Part shown: positions 48,136 through 57,775 of the stretch, piece after piece | Layout: each line of letters starts with the position of its first letter | Position numbering within the stretch: the stretch's first letter is position 1 | Source: a virus | Virus record (IMG/VR): IMGVR_UViG_3300008448_000038 | Coordinates: 1 to 64,000 of that record | Strand: one strand, 5' to 3' | Length of the DNA: 64,000 nucleotides | Notes under the pieces: model-generated | What the model was told of the DNA's origin: nothing | The model's input: only the letters and a program-made list of their open reading frames with translations | Databases searched by the model: none | Position numbers and translations under genes: made by a program

Positions 48136-49618
48136 GATTAAAATAGAAGCTGTTGATGATGCATTCATCAAGATACGATGTCCAAAAGACATCGCTAAAG
48201 AGCTTAATACCTATTTTACATTCACAGTCCCAAATCACAAATACAATCCATCATTTAGAAAGAGATTATGGGATGGTAAGATTCGTCTTTATAACCTTGC
48301 TAGTCAGAGAATTTACAAAGGAATGCTTCCTTATGTTAAGAAATTCTTCGATGATCGACATTATTCATACAAGAATGAAATCAATGAAGAAACTTCTTAC
48401 ATTGAAGAAGAACACATTCGTAAATTCATAACAGATTATCTCAAGGTATCAAGTGGTGGAAAAATTATTACTCCACATGATTATCAAATCAATGCAGTAA
48501 CACACGGAATCAGGAATAAAAGAGCATTACTTCTTTCTCCCACTGGTTCAGGCAAATCGTTGATAATTTATTCTTTGATTCGTTATTTTATCGACAATAT
48601 GCCAAAGGATAAAAGTATTCTCATTGTTGTACCGACAACAAGTCTAGTTGCTCAGTTATACAACGACTTTGCAGATTATTCAAAATTAAATGGCTGGGAT
48701 GTTAAGGCAAATGTTAAAAAGATATATGCTGGGGAATCTAAGGCAATTGATAAAAAGATTGTCATTTCAACATGGCAAAGTATATTCAGAGAGAATGAAA
48801 AGTTTTTCGACAACTTTCATGCTGTGATTGGCGATGAATGTCATTTGTTTAAAGCAAAATCTTTATCCATGATAATGGAAAAGATGAAGAATTGCCCAAT
48901 ACGATTCGGTCTTTCTGGAACCCTTGACAATACTAAGGTTCATAAATTTATAATTGAAGGTTTGTTTGGACCACTTTACAAAGTAACAACCACAAAATCT
49001 TTGATTGAAAAAGATGTATTAAGCAATATTAATATCAATTGCTTGATATTTAAATACTCTCTTGAAGAATGTAATAAAGTAAAGAGAGTAGATTATCGGG
49101 ATGAACTTGATTTTATTTTTTCTAGTGAGAAAAGATACAATATGATTCATCAGCTATGCAAATCATTAAAGGGTAATACTCTTGTTTTGTTCAGTCATGT
49201 GGAAACACACGGTAAAAAGTTATATGATATGATGAAAGACTTTGATAAAAGGGTTTTCTACATTTCAGGAGAAGTGCCTCTTGACGAAAGAGAATTCATT
49301 CGGCAGAAAATAGATACACTTGAAGACAGCATTCTCATAGCATCTTATGGTACATGTTCTACTGGAATTAATATTAAGAATATTCACAATATTGTTTTCT
49401 CATCTCCGTCAAAATCAGTAGTCCGTGTGCTTCAGTCTATTGGTAGAGGTTTAAGAAAATCTGATAACAAGACGCATATGACTCTTTATGATCTTGTTGA
49501 TGATTTGAGATACAAGAAGTACACGAACCACACATTTAATCATTTCATAGAGCGATTAAAGATTTATGAAAATGAAAAATTTCCATTTAAGCTCATAAAT
49601 CTCAATCAAGATTCATAA
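48125..49618 (+). CDS. uvsW: DNA helicase UvsW
   Basis: WDGKIRL, SPTGSGKS, IVVPTTSLV.Q, GDECH, GLSGT, QSIGR.LR; start moved to MDNE. Confidence 0.96.
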   Translation: MDNEIKIEAVDDAFIKIRCPKDIAKELNTYFTFTVPNHKYNPSFRKRLWDGKIRLYNLASQRIYKGMLPYVKKFFDDRHYSYKNEINEETSYIEEEHIRKFITDYLKVSSGGKIITPHDYQINAVTHGIRNKRALLLSPTGSGKSLIIYSLIRYFIDNMPKDKSILIVVPTTSLVAQLYNDFADYSKLNGWDVKANVKKIYAGESKAIDKKIVISTWQSIFRENEKFFDNFHAVIGDECHLFKAKSLSMIMEKMKNCPIRFGLSGTLDNTKVHKFIIEGLFGPLYKVTTTKSLIEKDVLSNININCLIFKYSLEECNKVKRVDYRDELDFIFSSEKRYNMIHQLCKSLKGNTLVLFSHVETHGKKLYDMMKDFDKRVFYISGEVPLDEREFIRQKIDTLEDSILIASYGTCSTGINIKNIHNIVFSSPSKSVVRVLQSIGRGLRKSDNKTHMTLYDLVDDLRYKKYTNHTFNHFIERLKIYENEKFPFKLINLNQDS

Positions 49619-49636
49619 ATACTAATGGAGGTCATT

Positions 49637-50353
49637 ATGGAAGTAGACTACAAGATCTTTAAGTTGAAAAGTGGTGAAGAAATAATTGGCTTGATCGATA
49701 GTCAGGATGATATGACCATTAAAATTAGTAGACCCATGGTTGTGAAATCGGTTCTCATGGTTGACAACTCTGGTTATCCAAAAGAAGTTATGATCATGCG
49801 TAATTGGCTTGAATTGACCAACGAGTTGGATGTTCAATTGCCAAAAGATCATATTGCCACTACTCTAAATCCTGCTAAGGAAACTGTTTTTCTATACGAG
49901 AAACAAAAAATGCGCGAAGATCAAGAATATCTCTATAAGCAAATGATAGAAGATGTGACTCCTAAGCTTCCAAGTGAGTTGGGATTTTCTGGAATGAATC
50001 CGCAAATGATGAATATGATTCAAAAGAAAATGGAAGAAGAACTTTTTGGCAAGACTTCCAAAAAGGAAGAAGAAGATACTTCTACCCCCGAACCTCCAGA
50101 AAAGAAACCAAATATGGTTGGAATGTTTTTATTTTTCCCACCAGATATTATTGCAGATCTGATTGATACTGGAGTTTTAGATCCTGAGATGTTTGCTGAA
50201 CTCGCTGAAGATGATGCGTTGATTCCTGAAATGGAAAGACTCTCAGAAAAAGAACTTAAAGAAATTGATTTGAGTGATTGGCCGGATGATCCAAGCAAAC
50301 TTCTTCAAGATAACTCTGAAGATATATCTGAGGAAGACTCAGAGGATACTTAA
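49637..50353 (+). CDS. Conserved T4-like Sm-like domain protein with acidic tail
   Basis: KLKSGEEIIG motif; conserved position between uvsW and gp55; ATG 49637 has SD GGAGG (alternative start 49625). Confidence 0.65.
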   Translation: MEVDYKIFKLKSGEEIIGLIDSQDDMTIKISRPMVVKSVLMVDNSGYPKEVMIMRNWLELTNELDVQLPKDHIATTLNPAKETVFLYEKQKMREDQEYLYKQMIEDVTPKLPSELGFSGMNPQMMNMIQKKMEEELFGKTSKKEEEDTSTPEPPEKKPNMVGMFLFFPPDIIADLIDTGVLDPEMFAELAEDDALIPEMERLSEKELKEIDLSDWPDDPSKLLQDNSEDISEEDSEDT

Positions 50354-50408
50354 AGTACTCTATAGTATCTAATAAGTATAATTTCCCTTGTCCATCGCGT
50401 ACACGCTC

Positions 50409-50436
50409 ATTGTAGCAAGGAAAACAATTCTGTCAA
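50409..50436 (-). promoter_or_regulatory. sigma70-type promoter, antisense orientation
   Basis: TTGACA-16 nt-TACAAT with extended -10 TG. Confidence 0.7.
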
Positions 50437-50444
50437 TACCCCCA

Positions 50445-50472
50445 TTGCTCTTATGTTATTTGGACGTATAAT
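50445..50472 (+). promoter_or_regulatory. sigma70-type promoter for gp55
   Basis: TTGCTC-16 nt-TATAAT, 6 nt before the ATG. Confidence 0.65.
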
Positions 50473-50478
50473 GTAATT

Positions 50479-51135
50479 ATGAAGAAAACTAAACAAAAGA
50501 AGAAAAAAATTGAATTAGAAGAGGACGAAGATGATTTAGGCTTTGATGATTTTGCAGTTCAAATAGAACCAGAAATCATAAAGCCTGCCACAAAAGGACA
50601 TTACATCGATAACTCAAAGTTTAATGATGAAATGACAAAGTGGATTAAGAAAGTCAGAACGGCTGAAAAAAATGGCAAGGATAGACCACCAGTAACTGAC
50701 TATATCGCTGAATGTTTCTTAAAAATCGCGGAACATCTGTCCTACAGACCAAATTTCATGAACTACCCTTACAGGGAAGAAATGGTGGGGGATGGAATTG
50801 AAAATTGTTTGATGTATGCTCACAATTTTAACCCAGATAAATCCTCAAACCCCTTTTCTTATTTTACTCAAATTATATACTATGCATTCCTTCGAAGAAT
50901 TGAGAAGGAAAAGAAGCAATCATATGTAAAATTTAAGATAATGGAAGAAAATGCCGACGATAAATTCTACAAGTGGTTTAAAGAAAACTACTTTGAGAAG
51001 GACGGCAAGCCTGAATTAGCAGATGTGTTCAATCTCACAGAAAGAGATGTGGAAAGATTTGAAGAAAAGGCTGGCGGAAACGCCAAAAAGAAGACTAGAA
51101 AAAAGAAAAAAGTCATTAAAAGAGGTTTAATGTGA
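50479..51135 (+). CDS. 55: Late sigma factor gp55
   Basis: HYIDN..F, YIAECFLKIA.HLSYRPNF.NY.YREEM..DGIENC, NPFSYFTQIIYYAFLRRI.KEKKQ. Confidence 0.97.
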   Translation: MKKTKQKKKKIELEEDEDDLGFDDFAVQIEPEIIKPATKGHYIDNSKFNDEMTKWIKKVRTAEKNGKDRPPVTDYIAECFLKIAEHLSYRPNFMNYPYREEMVGDGIENCLMYAHNFNPDKSSNPFSYFTQIIYYAFLRRIEKEKKQSYVKFKIMEENADDKFYKWFKENYFEKDGKPELADVFNLTERDVERFEEKAGGNAKKKTRKKKKVIKRGLM

Positions 51136-52181
51136 AAATAGCAGTCATCAATGACACCCACTTCGGAATCAGAAATGATTCCGATTTGTTTTTAAATTAC
51201 TTCATAGAATTTTTTAGAGATCAATTTTTCCCCTACTTAAAAGAAAATAAAATTGATACAATAATCCACCTTGGAGATTTCTTCGATAGAAGAAAGTATA
51301 TAAATTTTAATACTTTAAACAGAGTTACGAATGAAGTCCTAATTCCTTTGAAGGAAATGGGAATTCAAATGCATTGCTTAGTAGGAAATCACGACACCTA
51401 TTACAAGAATACAAATCGGGTCAATTCTGTATGTCAGCTACTTCCAGCCTTTGATAATATTAAGACCTATGGAGAGTTTGATGTTATCAACATTGATGGA
51501 ACTGAGATCGCTATGGTTCCTTGGATCAATGATTCAAATGAGAAAGATATTGTCAAGCAACTCAAGAAATGCAAAGCAACTATTGCCTGTGGGCATTTTG
51601 AATTGACTGGATATGAAGTTCTTCGTGGTGTTAAGTTTGATGGCGGTATGTCAGATGAAGTTCTTAGTAAGTTTGAAATTGTTCTTTCTGGGCATTTTCA
51701 TCTAAAATCATCACATAAGAACATTTATTATCTTGGTACTCAATACCAGATGTTATTTTCTGACATCAATGAAGCCAAAGGGTTTCATGTGTTTAATTTG
51801 AAATCTAGAGAATTAGAATACATTCAAAATAGAAATTGTATTTTCCATAGAATTTTTTATGATGACAGTGCAACTCCAAAGATCGACAAAATAGATTTTT
51901 CTCAATATGAGAATAAGCTTGTAAAGATTATAGTTCAGCGAAAAACTAATCCAGCAACTTACGAAAAATTCATTGATGGCATCAATTCTGCAAATGCCCA
52001 TGAGATTTCTATTGTAGATGAGACATTCGTACCAGATGATTCAAATGATGTTGCAGATTTGAGTGTTGATACGTTATCTTTTATCGAAAAAGAAATTGAT
52101 CAATTAATTGATGTAAAGAACAAAGACGAACTCAAGAAAATGGTGCATGATATTTATTTTGAAAGTCTAGATAATGATTAA
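51132..52181 (+). CDS. 47: Recombination endonuclease gp47 (Mre11-like)
   Basis: DTHFG.RND, HLGDFFDRRK, GNHD.YYKNT, GHFEL, SGHFH. Confidence 0.96.
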   Translation: MKIAVINDTHFGIRNDSDLFLNYFIEFFRDQFFPYLKENKIDTIIHLGDFFDRRKYINFNTLNRVTNEVLIPLKEMGIQMHCLVGNHDTYYKNTNRVNSVCQLLPAFDNIKTYGEFDVINIDGTEIAMVPWINDSNEKDIVKQLKKCKATIACGHFELTGYEVLRGVKFDGGMSDEVLSKFEIVLSGHFHLKSSHKNIYYLGTQYQMLFSDINEAKGFHVFNLKSRELEYIQNRNCIFHRIFYDDSATPKIDKIDFSQYENKLVKIIVQRKTNPATYEKFIDGINSANAHEISIVDETFVPDDSNDVADLSVDTLSFIEKEIDQLIDVKNKDELKKMVHDIYFESLDND

Positions 52182-53883
52182 GTTTACAAAACTGAGATTC
52201 AAGAATTTTGGTTCTTTTGGCAATAACTTTACCGAGATAGACTTTGGTAAGAAGGGAAACTATCTTGTATCTGGGCGTAATGGTGATGGAAAGTCATTTG
52301 CCTTCTTAGATGCTATTACTTTTGGTTTATTTGGAGTTCCTTTTAGGAACATCAATATTCCTCAATTGGTCAACAGTGTAAATAAGAAGAATTGTACTGT
52401 TGAGGTAGAATTTGATATTGGAATCACCAAATACATGGTTAGGCGTGGTCTAGCACCGAAGACATTTGAGATTTATAAAGATGGCAAGCTGATAGAACAA
52501 GCAGCCAAGACTAAGGAATATCAGGAATATCTGGAAAAGAGTATCCTAAAGATGGGATACAAGTCCTTTACACAGGTTGTAATTCTTGGAAAGTCTTCGT
52601 TTGTTCCCTTTATGCAACTTACTGCTGCTGACAGACGCGAGGTTATTGAAAATGTATTGGATATTGGAATCTTTAGTTCCATGAATTTGGTTCTAAAAGG
52701 CAAAATTTCACAGCAGAAAGAGTTTATTAAACAAAAAAAGACCGATTTATCCACAATTCAGGGCAAAGTAGATGTTTTGGATCGTAATCGCCAAGAATTG
52801 GAAAAGAAAAAGCAGGATATCGAAACCAAGCTACAAAATAGACTAAAGGAAATAGATGTTAGTATCGCTAACTACAGCGAACCTATAGCCTTATTAGAGG
52901 CAGAACTAGCCACCAAGGAGGCGATTCTAGCCACTTTCGCAGAAACCAAGTATACTGGTATGCTTGAACTAAGATCCAGCTTAAAAGCCAATCTAGACGC
53001 ATTAACGGAAGACATCCAGTTTTACCAGCAAAATGAAGTATGTCCTGCGTGTAAGCAGGCTATAACGGATAATCATCGCAACGAAATTTGCTCAAATAAA
53101 AATACTAAAAAGAGCGAAATTGACACAGCCATTCAAAAATTGAATGAGATGATTCAAGAACAAAAGAATAATGATGATTCTAGAAAGACTTTAGAGAGAG
53201 AAATAGCAAATATTAAAAACGATATAAGGCAATCATCCCAAAAAATTGCCAATTTAGAAGAACAAAAGAAAATTTATGAAAAAGAAGCCAAAATTGATCT
53301 GGTGGATACTATCGAAAAAATTACAAGTGACATTGCTACTTTTAAGAAAGAAGCTAAGTCATGTCAACGAAGCTTGGATACACTTTATAATGAGAACGAA
53401 GATCTAGAAATACTTTCTGGGCTTCTTAAAGATAGTGGTATTAAGACCAAAATTATTCGCCATTATCTTCCATTGATGAATCAGATCGTGAACAAGTATC
53501 TTTCCAATATGAATTTCTTTGTCCATTTTTACCTAGACGATGAATTTAAGGAAACAATCAAGAGTCGCCACCGAGATGACTTTTCTTACATGAGTTTTAG
53601 TGAAGGTGAAAAGCTTAGAATAGATCTAGCTCTTCTTTTGGCTTGGAGAGAAGTTGCCAAGCAAAAGAATAGCGTTAGTTGCAATCTATTAATTCTGGAT
53701 GAAATTTTTGATTCTTCTCTAGATTCTGTCGGTACTGATGAATTGATGAAAATTCTAAATATATTAGGTAAGGAAACTAATGTGATTGTAATCAGTCACA
53801 AAACAGATCAGCTTACCGATAAGTTTAAGTACATTTACACGCTGGAGAAGAAGAATAACTTTAGCAAAATAAGCCTTACATAA
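52174..53883 (+). CDS. 46: Recombination ATPase gp46 (Rad50-like)
   Basis: G.NG.GKS, CPAC zinc hook, SFSEGEK.RIDLALL, LILDEIFD, VISH. Confidence 0.97.
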   Translation: MIKFTKLRFKNFGSFGNNFTEIDFGKKGNYLVSGRNGDGKSFAFLDAITFGLFGVPFRNINIPQLVNSVNKKNCTVEVEFDIGITKYMVRRGLAPKTFEIYKDGKLIEQAAKTKEYQEYLEKSILKMGYKSFTQVVILGKSSFVPFMQLTAADRREVIENVLDIGIFSSMNLVLKGKISQQKEFIKQKKTDLSTIQGKVDVLDRNRQELEKKKQDIETKLQNRLKEIDVSIANYSEPIALLEAELATKEAILATFAETKYTGMLELRSSLKANLDALTEDIQFYQQNEVCPACKQAITDNHRNEICSNKNTKKSEIDTAIQKLNEMIQEQKNNDDSRKTLEREIANIKNDIRQSSQKIANLEEQKKIYEKEAKIDLVDTIEKITSDIATFKKEAKSCQRSLDTLYNENEDLEILSGLLKDSGIKTKIIRHYLPLMNQIVNKYLSNMNFFVHFYLDDEFKETIKSRHRDDFSYMSFSEGEKLRIDLALLLAWREVAKQKNSVSCNLLILDEIFDSSLDSVGTDELMKILNILGKETNVIVISHKTDQLTDKFKYIYTLEKKNNFSKISLT

Positions 53884-54186
53884 ATGTACAACTACCGAGG
53901 AAAATTTCGAATACTACAGCCAGATGGCAATATGACCGTCTATTCTCAATATGATGTTGTCGAGAAGGAAGGCAAGCATTATATGGCTGTGTTTGATACC
54001 TATGGTTTTTCTCCGGAACACGGAGAACTTCGCGGTTGGAAAAAAATAAATGGAACTGTTCCTGTCACCAGTAGCAGTGCCCCATCCAATCCTGATGTCG
54101 GACAGCAATGGCTTGATACTGTTTCTGGAATTCTATTCGAATATGTTGACGATGGAAATTCTAAACAGTGGTTAGCCATTAGCTAG
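53884..54186 (+). CDS. Hypothetical protein with a fibre-like AP..P..G..W motif
   Basis: SSSAPSNPDVGQQWLDTVSGILFEYVDDGNSKQW. Confidence 0.6.
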   Translation: MYNYRGKFRILQPDGNMTVYSQYDVVEKEGKHYMAVFDTYGFSPEHGELRGWKKINGTVPVTSSSAPSNPDVGQQWLDTVSGILFEYVDDGNSKQWLAIS

Positions 54187-54193
54187 GAGACTT

Positions 54194-54379
54194 ATGGGAT
54201 ACTATTATGAGAAGAAGAAGAATAATAGTTGGAGAAGAAAATTTTACAGAGAATTGGCAAAGAAGCAAAGGCGTTCTACCCGTCATTATTTGAACAAGCT
54301 TGTTCAAGATGTTTGCTCAGGAACTATTGACTTTGATGAGTTCTTGGATATGATGCGTAGAAGAGGTAATATATTATGA
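54194..54379 (+). CDS. Small basic hypothetical protein
   Basis: 61 aa, R/K-rich; SD AGGAG; ATGA overlap with gp45. Confidence 0.6.
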   Translation: MGYYYEKKKNNSWRRKFYRELAKKQRRSTRHYLNKLVQDVCSGTIDFDEFLDMMRRRGNIL

Positions 54380-55074
54380 AAACAAAAAGTGCCACCAAGC
54401 TAAGTAAAGAGACATTGCAGATTCTAAAGAACTTTGCATCTCTCAATTCCAATCTTCTTGTCAAGCCCGGTAATCGTCTTGTCACGGTTACTCCATACAA
54501 GAACGTGATGGCAGAAGCCATCATTCAGGAAGAGTTTGATACTGAGTTTGCTATCTGGGATCTTTCGAAGTTTCTCGGCATTGTGTCGATGTTCGAAGAT
54601 CCAGACTTCATCTTTCACGACAAGTATGTCGAGATTGAAGGTAGCAATCACTCTACCGTAAAGTACTTCTATTGTGATCCGAAGCTTATTACTTCGTATC
54701 CGACGAAGAATCTTGTCATGCCTCGCATTGTTCTTGAACTTGAGTTCTCGGAGCGCAAGTTAACTGAACTACAAAAGGCAGCATCCATTCTACAGATTCA
54801 GGATCTCAAGATCTTCTGCGACAGTGGTAGTATTATGGGTGAGATGTTCGATTCTAAGGACAGCACTACAAACACCTATAGCGTAGAGTTCCCATACGAT
54901 GGTGAACTTGAGACTGATGAGTTTGAGTTCCACTTCAAGATTGAGAATCTGAAGTTTATTCCGGGAGCTTATAAGGCACAGTTCTCGGAGAATATTGTGT
55001 CTAAGTTTATCTGCAACAATACTCCAATTTCATATTGGGTTGCAATGGAACCGTCTTCCAACTACGGAAAGTAA
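54376..55074 (+). CDS. 45: Sliding clamp gp45
   Basis: LS.ETL.ILKNFAS.N, FAIWDL..FL, FK.ENLK..PG.Y, YWVAME. Confidence 0.95.
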   Translation: MKTKSATKLSKETLQILKNFASLNSNLLVKPGNRLVTVTPYKNVMAEAIIQEEFDTEFAIWDLSKFLGIVSMFEDPDFIFHDKYVEIEGSNHSTVKYFYCDPKLITSYPTKNLVMPRIVLELEFSERKLTELQKAASILQIQDLKIFCDSGSIMGEMFDSKDSTTNTYSVEFPYDGELETDEFEFHFKIENLKFIPGAYKAQFSENIVSKFICNNTPISYWVAMEPSSNYGK

Positions 55075-55078
55075 GTAA

Positions 55079-56026
55079 ATGAACATTGATCACTTTGTAT
55101 GGGCGGAAAAATACCGCCCATCATCCATTTCTGAATGCATTCTTTCTAAGGAGAATGCAAGTACATTCAGTAGCATGGTAAAGCAAGGAGAACCCCAGAA
55201 TCTTATGCTATCTGGTCCAGCCGGATGCGGTAAGACTACGGTTGCTAAGGCTCTTTGCAAGGATCTCGGATGTGATTACATTCTGATCAACTGCTCTGAA
55301 GACGGAAATATTGATACTCTTCGTACAAAGATTCGTGGATTTGCTAGCACTGTATCGCTGACAAGCGCAAAGAAGGTAGTGATTCTTGACGAGTTTGATT
55401 ATAGTAATGCAAATAGCATTCAACCCGCTTTGCGCGGGGCTATTGAGGAGTTTTCCTCCAATTGTAGATTCATTATGACTTGCAATTGGCCGAGTCGCAT
55501 TATTGATCCTCTGCATTCCCGATGCACTCATATCTCATTTGTGATTCCCTATGAGGAAAGATCTACGCTTGCGACTAATATGTTCAAGCGGGTGAAACAT
55601 ATTCTTGATACTGAAAAGGTATCGTATAACGACAGTGCTCTTGCTACTCTAGTAAATAGTCATTTTCCTGACTTTAGGCGTATAATCAATGAGCTTCAGA
55701 GATATTCTGTCTCTGGCATGATTGACATTGGTATTTTGAGCCAATGTAAGGAAATTGACCTCAAGAAGCTGGCTGGATACATGTCCAGTAAGAATTTTGC
55801 TGAGGTTCGTAAATGGGTCGTCAATAATCTTGAGAATAACAACACAGATATTTTCCGAAGGATTTATGACAATCTGACTGATATGCTACAGCCAGCCAGT
55901 ATTCCACAAGCAGTCATGATTATTGCAGAATATCAATATAAGGCAGCATTCGTCGCAGATCAAGAGATCAATATGACTGCATTCTTGGTAGAAATCATGA
56001 TGCAATGTGAGTTTAGGAAGAAATGA
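55079..56026 (+). CDS. 44: Clamp loader large subunit gp44
   Basis: W.EKYRP, GPAGCGKTT, LDEFD, PL.SRC, FPDFRR.INELQ. Confidence 0.97.
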   Translation: MNIDHFVWAEKYRPSSISECILSKENASTFSSMVKQGEPQNLMLSGPAGCGKTTVAKALCKDLGCDYILINCSEDGNIDTLRTKIRGFASTVSLTSAKKVVILDEFDYSNANSIQPALRGAIEEFSSNCRFIMTCNWPSRIIDPLHSRCTHISFVIPYEERSTLATNMFKRVKHILDTEKVSYNDSALATLVNSHFPDFRRIINELQRYSVSGMIDIGILSQCKEIDLKKLAGYMSSKNFAEVRKWVVNNLENNNTDIFRRIYDNLTDMLQPASIPQAVMIIAEYQYKAAFVADQEINMTAFLVEIMMQCEFRKK

Positions 56027-56394
56027 ACCTATCCAAGGTATTAGAAAGTATCAATTACACGAAGGAAGATGCCCTTGCCGACAACGATAAGGACTATGTT
56101 CCATTTGTGGTAAATAGATCATTATCTTACTTTATCGATACTATCGCCTATGCTAATCAGATGAATCTGTATCCCCATCTGAATAAACGACTTCAGTACG
56201 ATTACTTAAGAAACGCTGTTCGCAAGAAGCGTAGATTCAGCAAATGGGCCAAGAAGGTCGAGAATGACTGTCTAGAAGCCGTGTGCTTTTATTATGGATG
56301 CTCCAAGGTAAAAGCACTAGAAATCATCGGACTTCTTTCCCAAGACCAAAAAACACATATACAAACCGAATACGAAAAACTCCAAAAAACCTAA
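56023..56394 (+). CDS. 62: Clamp loader small subunit gp62
   Basis: Y.PF.VNR.LSY..DT, QYDY....RK.RRFSKW.K. Confidence 0.92.
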   Translation: MNLSKVLESINYTKEDALADNDKDYVPFVVNRSLSYFIDTIAYANQMNLYPHLNKRLQYDYLRNAVRKKRRFSKWAKKVENDCLEAVCFYYGCSKVKALEIIGLLSQDQKTHIQTEYEKLQKT

Positions 56395-56418
56395 ATAAAT
56401 TGGTATTATGGAGTTTTT

Positions 56419-56823
56419 ATGGATAATAATGACATATTTGATGGTTTAGGTGTTGAAATTACATTAAAAGATAAAGACGCTTTCTTGAAAGTCCGAGAGA
56501 CTTTAACGAGAATTGGCGTATCTTCTAATCCAAACAAAAAACTATATCAGTCTTGCCATATCTTGCACAAGAAGGGCAGATATGCTATAATGCATTTTAA
56601 AGAATTGTTTGTTTTAGACGGTCTGGATAGTGATATGGATGAAACTGATTTGGCAAGAAGAAACACTATAGTGAAGCTTCTTGTTGAATGGGGTCTAGTA
56701 GATCCAGTAGATGAGAATAGATATAAAGAGCCTCAGCTTCCGCTGAATAAGCTCAAGATCATTCCCTTTAAGGAGAAGGGTGATTGGAATCTAGTTCCTA
56801 AGTACCATATTGGAAAGAAATAA
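56419..56823 (+). CDS. regA: Translational repressor RegA
   Basis: FLKVRETLTRIGV, LYQSCHILHK.GRY.I.HFKELF.LDG, W.LVPKY.IG. Confidence 0.97.
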   Translation: MDNNDIFDGLGVEITLKDKDAFLKVRETLTRIGVSSNPNKKLYQSCHILHKKGRYAIMHFKELFVLDGLDSDMDETDLARRNTIVKLLVEWGLVDPVDENRYKEPQLPLNKLKIIPFKEKGDWNLVPKYHIGKK

Positions 56824-57110
56824 TGAATATTGTTAATGATTATGATTTGTATGATAAAGCAAGAAATATGCTTTATGAAGGTCTTGCCAAGTACGACATC
56901 AAAAAACCAATCTTCATCTATGTGGATAATGAAATTGGCGATGCAGTTTTCAATATAAAAAAGAATAAACATAATTTTGAATTGGCTATTATTCTTAGCA
57001 ATGAAGCTGTAGGTTTTGCTAAAGAAAATCTTATTGAAATTTTTAATAGATTTGATATGATTATTACTGACGATCCAGTAATAAACGAATATTCGTATTG
57101 GGCTAAATAA
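56823..57110 (+). CDS. Hypothetical protein
   Basis: 95-aa ORF with TAATG coupling at both ends. Confidence 0.6.
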   Translation: MNIVNDYDLYDKARNMLYEGLAKYDIKKPIFIYVDNEIGDAVFNIKKNKHNFELAIILSNEAVGFAKENLIEIFNRFDMIITDDPVINEYSYWAK

Positions 57111-57775
57111 TGGGCAAACTTTTAATTAAATTTCCAACAAGAAATAGACCAGAAAAATTTAAAAGAGTATATCAGCAATATTATGATTATCTCTCTGGAA
57201 ATCATGATGTTAAATTTGTTATTTCTATGGATAATGATGATCCTACAATGAATAACCCCGAAATGAGGGAATGGTTGGACAAGCATCCATCAAATAAAAA
57301 GTATAATTATTCTGATAATAAATCAAAAATTCAAGCAGTGAATGCTGATTTAAATGATGAGAATGCTGATGTTCTCTTATTAGCATCCGATGATATGATT
57401 CCCCAGATAAAGGGATATGATGATATTATTTTTAAAGAATTTGAATTATATTTTCCATCATTTGACGGAGCAATAAAATTTAATGACGGATTAAGATCTG
57501 ATGATTTAATGACATTGTGTGTTATGGGATGGAAAAATTATGCAGATCTAGGATATATTTACCATCCAGACTACGCATCTTTATATGCAGATACTGAGCA
57601 AACGATATACTTTAAAAAGCTTAATAAGCTAGCCGTATCACCTACATGTATTATTAAGCATGAATGGACAAGTCATCCATGGGATGAATTACATGCTAGA
57701 AATGAAAATACTCAAATGTATATGAAGGATAAAGTTGTTTTTGACAAACGTATAAAAGAAATATTATCGCTATGA
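57110..57775 (+). CDS. GT-A fold (GT2-like) glycosyltransferase
   Basis: IKFPTR.RP, D.DD, K..AVN, LLASDDM, Y.SLYAD.E. Confidence 0.75.
   Translation: MGKLLIKFPTRNRPEKFKRVYQQYYDYLSGNHDVKFVISMDNDDPTMNNPEMREWLDKHPSNKKYNYSDNKSKIQAVNADLNDENADVLLLASDDMIPQIKGYDDIIFKEFELYFPSFDGAIKFNDGLRSDDLMTLCVMGWKNYADLGYIYHPDYASLYADTEQTIYFKKLNKLAVSPTCIIKHEWTSHPWDELHARNENTQMYMKDKVVFDKRIKEILSL

Noticed and set aside
31487-53883. Introns or inteins in gp17, gp20, gp23, UvsW or gp46
   Set aside because: All have normal lengths and contiguous motifs
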